This document shows positions 55,111-62,300 of a stretch of DNA of 64,000 bases, piece after piece. The position numbers were made by a program, and so were the translations under genes. The DNA is from a virus, in IMG/VR virus record IMGVR_UViG_3300044959_000131, positions 32,001 through 96,000 of that record; one strand, written 5' to 3'. Positions within the stretch are counted from its first letter, which is position 1, and every line of letters starts with the position of its first letter. The notes beneath the pieces were generated by a model. That model saw nothing but the letters and a program-made list of their open reading frames with translations, was not told the origin of the DNA and did not search any database.

Positions 55111-55607
55111 ACATCCACATGATTTCTGCGTTCACAGATGAACTCGAGAAGATTGCCCTCACCGAACGTGGTGCCGAAGTTTTTAGGAAGCAGGTCAAAG
55201 AGTATCGAGAAAGGGCATCGAAGCCTGGATTCAAGCGATCGCAGCAACTGCCCGGTTTCTGGAAAGGTATCATCAATAACATCCGGGCTACGGGCCGTCG
55301 ATTCAAGAATCCGAAGATGATGCTGAAACGATTCAAATGGTCGCTCACGGCTCCAGGTGTACCTAGGTACATAAAAGCCCTATCTGGACTTGGAATTGCC
55401 TATGAAGCTCGCGAAGTTTTGAAGAAAGGTGATGAAGGGACTAGCAGACTGCGACGTGCTCTTGAGGGAGCAGGAGGTCTCATTGGTGGGACTGCAGGAA
55501 GGGGGATTACTGGTTCAATTGTTGGCGGCACAGCAGGTGCGTTAATTGGAAGCCAAGCTGGTAAGGTAATCGACAAGATTCGAGGCTACAAGCCACATAA
55601 AGAGTAA
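55107..55607 (+). CDS. Basic protein with FTDELEKIA and a glycine-zipper C-terminus (candidate ejected/internal virion protein)
   Basis: Start moved to ATG 55107 (ATGA overlap). AGGLIGGTAGRGITGSIVGGTAGALIGSQAG. Confidence 0.7.
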   Translation: MNIHMISAFTDELEKIALTERGAEVFRKQVKEYRERASKPGFKRSQQLPGFWKGIINNIRATGRRFKNPKMMLKRFKWSLTAPGVPRYIKALSGLGIAYEAREVLKKGDEGTSRLRRALEGAGGLIGGTAGRGITGSIVGGTAGALIGSQAGKVIDKIRGYKPHKE

Positions 55608-55613
55608 TCAACG

Positions 55614-57674
55614 ATGTCATTCGACAGCCTCAGCCTTGGATTTGGTGGAACTTCACGCTTTTCTGGTCAGCGTGGACGTACTGCGGACGGCATGTCACGG
55701 AGCGGTATTCGTTACCCGTCTCCGTTCTTTGACATCGGACATACCTACCTGCCGCCGTCCCTCAAGGCTCTTCTCAGGTGGTGTAGGTACTACTACCTCG
55801 TGAATCCGCTCATCAACGCGGTCATTCACAAGATGTCGGAGTATCCAATCACCGAAATTGTCATCGACGAAAAGGACCCCGAAATCAAAAACAAATGGGA
55901 CTCTCTCCTTGGAGAGATTCTTCGGATTCGTCCATTTCAAATAGAGGTTGGCCTGGACTACTACACATACGGGATGTGCATTGTCACGATTCACTTCCCG
56001 TTCGACAAGTTCCTTATCTGCAGGAACTGCGGATTCAAAGACAAGGCGACGAAGATCAACTACCGTTGGCGTAACCTCGACTACATTGTCGATTGCCCAA
56101 AATGCGGCCACTCGGGACCTGCAAAGGTTCAGGACTTCTACAAGCGAGATGTCAACGGCATCCGATTGATGAGGTGGAATCCAGAGTACGTGAACATCGA
56201 TCCGGCATTTGCTGGTGCAGATCCAGTCTACACATTCGAGCTCCCACTTCAGGTCCGGAATGACGTCATCCTCGGTAAGAAGAGTGTGCTCGACACCATC
56301 CCGGACACATTCATCGAGGCGATGAAGAGGAACAAGTATGTCCGTTTCTCAGACGACAACCTCTTTGTTTTCAAGCGGCCCATCATCAGCCAGAAAGATT
56401 CTGGTTGGGGTATGCCGCTCATCTTCCCTGTCCTCAAAGACACGTTCTATCTACAGATATTGAGGAAGGCACAAGAGGCTATTGCTGCTGAGCACATTGT
56501 TCCACTCCGAGTTCTCTTCCCACAACCCGGCTCTGCATCCTCGGATCCATACTCGACGATTTCACTCGACTCGTGGAAGAGCAGGATCGAAAGCGAGATC
56601 GCGAAGTGGAAATACGACAACAACTACATTCCTATTCTCCCTCTTCCAATCGGAAATCAGACCATCGGCGGGCAAGGCCGTGCGTTGATGCTTCACCAAG
56701 AGATGGAGGTCTGGTCTAGGCAGATCGTTGCTGGGATGGGTGTTCCGCAGGAATTTGTATTCGGTGGAATGCAGTACTCTGGATCCAATGTCTCGATGCG
56801 AATGGTCGAGAACATGTTTCTTGGGTACAGAACCGATCATGATTTGATGCTCAATCACTTTGCCATCAAGCGCATCGCTCATTTCATGGGGTGGCCGCCT
56901 GTGAAGGCACACATGAGACGATTCAAGATGGCAGATGACCTACAACGTTCAGCCTTCTTCTTTCAGCTAAATCAAGCTGGAAAGATTTCAGACCAGACGT
57001 TGCTGCAAGAAGTTGATTTCGATCCAGCAACTGAGGAGACTCGTCGCAAGATTGAGCTAGACAAGCAACTTGAGTTCAATCGCAAGATGCAAGTCGCTCA
57101 AGCTTCTATTCAGGGCGAGATGCAAATCGTTCAGGCTCGCTATCAAAAGCGGGTTTCAGAGCTTATGCAGCCTCCTGCCGAGAATATGTCTCCTGTAGCT
57201 CCTCAAATGGCTGAATCCGGAGGTGGTGCTCTAGTAGAGCCGCCTCCTCCAGAGAATCCTTCAGAGAACACTGAAGGCGGTCCAGTTACGACACCGGAAG
57301 GTGAAATGCTACCTGGTAAACAAGTCGACCCGGCCATGCCTTCTAATTCGACAGTGTCATTCGAGAATGCTCAGAGTGCTCCATCAGAGGGTATCCCACC
57401 AGAGATGATGAGCCCACTCTCGGCGAGCATGAAGGGCGGTGGATTCAATCTTCTCTATTTGGCACGACGTGCGGCAACCGCGCTTCTCAAGATGGATGAA
57501 GGTCAGAGGATGGCCGAGATGAACAACATGAAGATGACCAACCCTCAGCTATACAGCCTAGTATTACAGCTTTTGAATCGCGAAAGAGGATCGCAGGAGA
57601 ATCCTCTTGATGCTGTTCAAAGCCCTCAGCCGCAGATTAAGCCCTCACGTCGTGCGAGCTCAACTGGTGTTTGA
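55614..57674 (+). CDS. Portal protein with a Zn-ribbon insertion and a long Pro/Glu-rich C-terminus
   Basis: LLRWCRYYY..NPLINAVI.KM.EYP, GLDYYTYG, WGMPLI, AIA...PLRVL, MGVPQEF.FGG..YSG are portal-type motifs. Confidence 0.8.
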   Translation: MSFDSLSLGFGGTSRFSGQRGRTADGMSRSGIRYPSPFFDIGHTYLPPSLKALLRWCRYYYLVNPLINAVIHKMSEYPITEIVIDEKDPEIKNKWDSLLGEILRIRPFQIEVGLDYYTYGMCIVTIHFPFDKFLICRNCGFKDKATKINYRWRNLDYIVDCPKCGHSGPAKVQDFYKRDVNGIRLMRWNPEYVNIDPAFAGADPVYTFELPLQVRNDVILGKKSVLDTIPDTFIEAMKRNKYVRFSDDNLFVFKRPIISQKDSGWGMPLIFPVLKDTFYLQILRKAQEAIAAEHIVPLRVLFPQPGSASSDPYSTISLDSWKSRIESEIAKWKYDNNYIPILPLPIGNQTIGGQGRALMLHQEMEVWSRQIVAGMGVPQEFVFGGMQYSGSNVSMRMVENMFLGYRTDHDLMLNHFAIKRIAHFMGWPPVKAHMRRFKMADDLQRSAFFFQLNQAGKISDQTLLQEVDFDPATEETRRKIELDKQLEFNRKMQVAQASIQGEMQIVQARYQKRVSELMQPPAENMSPVAPQMAESGGGALVEPPPPENPSENTEGGPVTTPEGEMLPGKQVDPAMPSNSTVSFENAQSAPSEGIPPEMMSPLSASMKGGGFNLLYLARRAATALLKMDEGQRMAEMNNMKMTNPQLYSLVLQLLNRERGSQENPLDAVQSPQPQIKPSRRASSTGV

Positions 57675-57708
57675 TGGCATCGTACTTCGAGGCCTAAAAA
57701 AGGTCGGA

Positions 57709-57939
57709 CTACTCGTCCGCCTTCGGGAAACAACTCTTGATCTCTAACAGCTTGAGATGCGCTTGTCGGAAGTGCTCATTTATCTCGGCCAATCTCTGAA
57801 GTAGCCCTTCAGGAGCCCCTTGATGGTGTGCTCTCTGCCAGAACCGATACTGAGTCTTCCACATCGCTAGCGCATCTTCTGCGAATCGTTCGATGTCGTC
57901 CTGCCAGATTTGCTCTTCCAAGTCAGTCTTCTGGGCCAT
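57709..57939 (-). CDS. Hypothetical helical protein
   Basis: ATG 57939 after GAGG. Overlaps the upstream stop. Confidence 0.55.
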   Translation of the reverse strand: MAQKTDLEEQIWQDDIERFAEDALAMWKTQYRFWQRAHHQGAPEGLLQRLAEINEHFRQAHLKLLEIKSCFPKADE

Positions 57940-58276
57940 CGAGCTGTGCCTCACACGCGGCACAATACCGTGCTGAGCTTAAAAGCTCTGAGTATGGAAC
58001 ACCGAACATGTCTCCTGTGAGTTCGTCGATGACGGCTTCGTACTCGTCTGTGCTATCGACGATGTTCATTACGAGGTATGCCACAGAACAGAGCTCGTGC
58101 ATGACGGCATCTCCTGTGGTGCTATCACCATCAACAACAATTGGCTGACCACTTTTTCGACCCTTCCCCAATACTCCGTGATGGATGTAAACGGACCTGT
58201 CGCCAAGAAATATTGGCCTATCACACCACTTGCACATGGTGTGAGAAGGAGGCTTGTACGGCAATTCTTCACCCAT
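57923..58276 (-). CDS. Zn-finger protein (CxxC...HxxC plus a C-terminal CxxC)
   Basis: Start moved to ATG 58276 (ATGGGTGA overlap). CKWC, HELC, CAAC. Confidence 0.7.
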   Translation of the reverse strand: MGEELPYKPPSHTMCKWCDRPIFLGDRSVYIHHGVLGKGRKSGQPIVVDGDSTTGDAVMHELCSVAYLVMNIVDSTDEYEAVIDELTGDMFGVPYSELLSSARYCAACEAQLDGPED

Positions 58277-58490
58277 CGATTCGTTCTCCATGCGCACCGA
58301 TGAGTGACATCGGAGCACCGCTCTTCACTGGACAGAGGTAGTGCGCATACCGCTCATCGGATCCATCGTCGAAACGTCTTCGTAGAAGTGTGAATTTAGG
58401 GTATAGATCTTCGTTCTTGAATCGATAGACTGTCAGTCGAAGAATCCAGTCGTCCTCCTTGAATTCTTCACCGCAGATGCAGCAGTTCAT
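58269..58490 (-). CDS. Small Zn-finger protein (CxxC...HxxC)
   Basis: MNCCICG...AHYLC. ATGA-coupled. Confidence 0.7.
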   Translation of the reverse strand: MNCCICGEEFKEDDWILRLTVYRFKNEDLYPKFTLLRRRFDDGSDERYAHYLCPVKSGAPMSLIGAHGERIDG

Positions 58491-58891
58491 GTTGTTCTTC
58501 TAAGAACGAGTTGAAGAACCATCGATCCCCATCCACATCGAGTGCATCCATCCAAGAATCGTTCTGGCTCAACCAACTCCCTGTCCTCAGGTGGACCGCG
58601 ATACCTGCTTGACTGATAAAACTTAGGTGTCCACCTTGGTGTATCTTTGGTCTCCTCTAGGCAGTGAACACATTCCCATCCAATCTGGAATCCTTCTGCT
58701 GCCCTCTCATTGCACCATCGAACGAGAAGCTCGCACTCTCCACAGTCGTACGCTTCATCGCATTTGCCTCGAATGAACGTTCTGGCCTCCTGAGTCTGTC
58801 GAAAGATGGGACGACCTTTCTGGTCGAACTGACCACCATTCGCTGCGAACAAAAGTGGGCAGAAGGCTACTCGGACCGGGTTTTCAGGCAT
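58487..58891 (-). CDS. Cys-rich protein
   Basis: CGEC, CVHC and CTRC pairs. Confidence 0.7.
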   Translation of the reverse strand: MPENPVRVAFCPLLFAANGGQFDQKGRPIFRQTQEARTFIRGKCDEAYDCGECELLVRWCNERAAEGFQIGWECVHCLEETKDTPRWTPKFYQSSRYRGPPEDRELVEPERFLDGCTRCGWGSMVLQLVLRRTT

Positions 58892-58979
58892 TTTGCTGGA
58901 GTTTTACTAGTGCCGCCGTAAGTCTGGCGGCGAGGTAAGTCATGAAGCTCAGAAAAAATGAAGCTAAGAAGAGTTTCAT
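58884..58979 (-). CDS. 31-aa hydrophobic peptide (missing from the ORF track)
   Basis: MKLFLASFFLSFMTYLAARLTAALVKLQQNA. Its start overlaps the upstream stop (ATGA) and its stop overlaps the downstream start (ATGCCTGA). Confidence 0.65.
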   Translation of the reverse strand: MKLFLASFFLSFMTYLAARLTAALVKLQQNA

Positions 58980-59116
58980 TCTTCCTCGGTCTCCGTCTCG
59001 TCGACAGCGTCTTCGTCGTTTTCTTCGTCTTGCTCAGTCGGATAAAGAATTTGCCCCAAGATCGAGTTCATCAAGTCTTCTTGGAACATGTCCAACTGAG
59101 TAACTTCTTTTGGCAC
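58976..59116 (-). CDS. 46-aa protein with a highly acidic C-terminus
   Basis: GGAGG 7 nt before GTG 59116. Tail EQDEENDEDAVDETETEEE. Confidence 0.6.
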   Translation of the reverse strand: MPKEVTQLDMFQEDLMNSILGQILYPTEQDEENDEDAVDETETEEE

Positions 59117-59190
59117 TGTCAGGCCTCCGATTCTTGAGGCCAGCGTATCGCTGACCAACTTCTTATACCGAGGCCTATTGAGGTTCTTCG

Positions 59191-59220
59191 TTGACGTTAT
59201 TTACGAGCAGACTGTATTCT
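59191..59220 (+). promoter_or_regulatory. sigma70-like promoter upstream of the RNAP gene
   Basis: TTGACG (59191-96), 18-nt spacer, TATTCT (59215-20). Confidence 0.55.
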
Positions 59221-59314
59221 GCCGTCCAAGGCTCAACGACCTCAGATGCGTAGAGGTAGAGCCTGGCAAGCCATAACCCACCTACGCATAGTGGGCGACA
59301 TTAGAGAGGGCACC

Positions 59315-62300
59315 TTGTCGACGCTAACACCAGAGGGTTCTTTCGAAATTCTCAAGAACAACGTCGTACGCGCCATCTCTTCCTACTTCCCCTACGAGGG
59401 AAAACAGAGGAAGTTGGAGCTACACAAAGTCTGGGTTGATGACAAACTTCATACTGATGACATCAAGTCACAGACTGAGGCAAAGGACCTAGACAAGACG
59501 TGGGGCGTACCAGTCAAGGCAGATGTCTCTCTCGTCGACAAAACGACAGGCAAAGTCATCGATCGAAAGACGATGACCATTGCCAGATTACCGAAGATGA
59601 CGAACCGGTACGGGTTCATCGTCGATGGGAATGAGTACCAGATCGACCATCTCTTCCGTTTGAAGTCCGGGGTGTACGCCAGAATTCAGGACAACGGCGA
59701 CCTGGAGTCAGAGTTCAACCTCGTCAAGGGACCTGCTGGTAACAGGTTCTCAATCCTCCTTGAGAGAGAGTCCAAGAAGTTCTTCCTGAAGCAGGGGGAC
59801 GCAAAGATTCCACTATACCCAATACTCAAGTCTCTAGGTGTATCAGACGATGAGATTGAGAAGAGTTGGGGAAAGGAAATACTCGCTGCCAATCGACCAA
59901 AAACCGAAGAGAAGACCTTAAAGAGTCTTCAGACCTTTTGGAAGAAGACGTCGTTCGAAGACCAGACGGAGCCGAGTGATTTAGGTGGTTATGCCCGCTA
60001 TGTACACGACTTCTTCGATAAGACGGTCCTTCGACCAGACACAACAAAGATCACTCTTGGAAAGCCAGCAACTAAGGTTGATGGTTCTGTTCTTCTGACG
60101 GCCGCGAACAAGATTCTCGGTGTTTCTAGAGGGACCCATCAGCCAGACGATAGAGACAGCCTTGCGTTCAAGGAGATCGTATCGATAGAGGACTTCCTGC
60201 CAGAGAAGATTGAGCGATCCATGAGGACGATTCGTGGAAAGCTCCGTAACACGATTGACCTCAAAGACAAGAAATCTGTCTCTGAAGTTTTGTCTACTGA
60301 CCTTTTTGCTCGCCCAATCCGTGAGTTCTTCACAAAGGGCGGCTCTTTGACGGAGAGGCCTGACCAGACGAATCCTATTCAAATGATGTCTGGTCACAGG
60401 AAGACGACGTTGATGTCTTCCGACCTTGGAGGAATCAAGAAAGAACATTCCATCACGGATGAGATGCGTGTCATCAATCCGAGCCACTTTGGGTTTCTAG
60501 ACCCAATGCATACCCCGGAGTCAGAGAAAACAGGCATCACTCTACATCTGGGAATGGCGGCTAGGAAAAATGGAAAAGATCTTGAGACTCCTGTCTTCAA
60601 CGTCAAAGAAAACAAGATTCAATACCTAAATGCAACAGACTTTCATAACAGTCATGCTGTTCTACCAGACCAGGTTCGCTGGGTCGGTGGCAAGCCTGTT
60701 CCGATAGCCGAAAACGTCAAGATGAAGCTCCCAGGTGGGAGCATCGAGGTTCGACCATTCAGAGAAGCTCAATACGTCATGCCGTCCGCAAAGGGCATGT
60801 TCGACATCGCTTCGAATCTCATACCTTTCTTACCATCGAACCAAGGCAACCGTGTTTCGATGGCTGATAAGCAGATGGAGCAGGCCATCTCTCTAAAGTA
60901 TAGAGAGGAGCCTCTCGTACAAACCAAGACCGACCATGCGGACCCGAATCTGACATTCGAAAAAGTTCTCGGTGGGTTCACATCTCATAGAGCTCCAGTC
61001 TCAGGTAAAGTCGTCTCCGTAAAGAACGATTCAATTACCATCAGTGACGGTAAGAAAAAGCACCAAGTTCATCTCTATGAACACTTCCCCCTCAACGACC
61101 CAAAGGGGATGATGCACTCAGAGCCTGTCGTGAAGGTCGGAGACACGGTCCGACAAGGACAGGTTATTGCTGACAACAACTTCACCAAGAATGGAACGCT
61201 CTCGCTTGGAGTGAATCTTCGTGTCGGATACATCCCTTACAAGGGCTACAACTACGAAGATGGTATCGTTATATCTGAGAGCGCCGCAAAGAAACTCACG
61301 TCCGAACACCTCTATAAGAAGAAGATCGAACTCGATCCTGAGAACGACGTCATTTCAAAGAGCAAGTTCATCGCTTATGCTGCTACCAAAGCCAATCAGC
61401 TAACAAAAGAGCAGCTTGATCTATTGGACGATGATGGAGTCATTCGAGTTGGTTCCAAGGTTCGTCCAGGTCAAGTTCTGATTGCAGCAGTCGGTAAGAA
61501 CCTTACGACACGCCAAGGTAGTGCTCTCGCAGCTCTAGGAAAGAGGGCCTTTCAGCCGTACAAGGATAAGTCACTTGTATGGGACGAAGACCACGTTGGC
61601 GAAGTCGTAAAGGTCATCAAAGATCCATCTGGAAAAGGGGTCAAGGTATACGTCAAAACTGAAGAGCCACTGGTTGTAGGTGACAAGTTGTCAGGCCGTC
61701 ACGGTAACAAAGGAATCGTGACGATGATCCTTCCTGACCACGAGATGCCGTTCACCATAGACGCCGACGGAAAACGACGTCCACTTGAAGTCCTTCTCAA
61801 CCCAACAGGTGTTCCAACACGTATCAATGTTGGTCAAGTTCTGGAAACGGCGGCCGGTAAAATTGCTGAGAAGACAGGAAAGCCGTACATCGTCAATAAC
61901 TTCTCAGGCCCGAACACGAACTACCGTGAACAGGTACTGAAAGACCTTCGTGCTCATGGCCTTAGAGACGAAGAGCTTGTCTACGACCCAAAGGACCCGA
62001 AAAGGCCACTTGGCTCGGTTCTCGTCGGTCCTCAGTATCTTTTGAAGCTTAAGCATCAAGTTGAGAAGAAGCTCACAGTTCGTGGAGGTGGGACGGATGT
62101 TACCGGTCGTGGACTTCCATACGATATAGATAGGACCCCGACAAAGGGAGGAGAGAGAGGGGGCCAAGGCTTTGGAGCCCTCGACGTCTACGCCCTTCTT
62201 GGACATGACGCTCGCCATAATCTTCGTGAGATGGCGACTCAAAAATCCGACTTCCAAGACATGACGTTCTGGAACATGGTCCAAGAAGGCCATGAACCAC

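Noticed and set aside
57675-57708. Terminator at the portal / mini-operon convergence
   Set aside because: Only a weak GGCCT/AGGTC stem around an A-run; not convincing enough to call.
59246-59314. Upstream ATG 59246 or GTG 59291 as the RNAP start
   Set aside because: Neither has a good RBS, whereas TTG 59315 follows AGAGAGGG. They cannot be excluded without proteomics.
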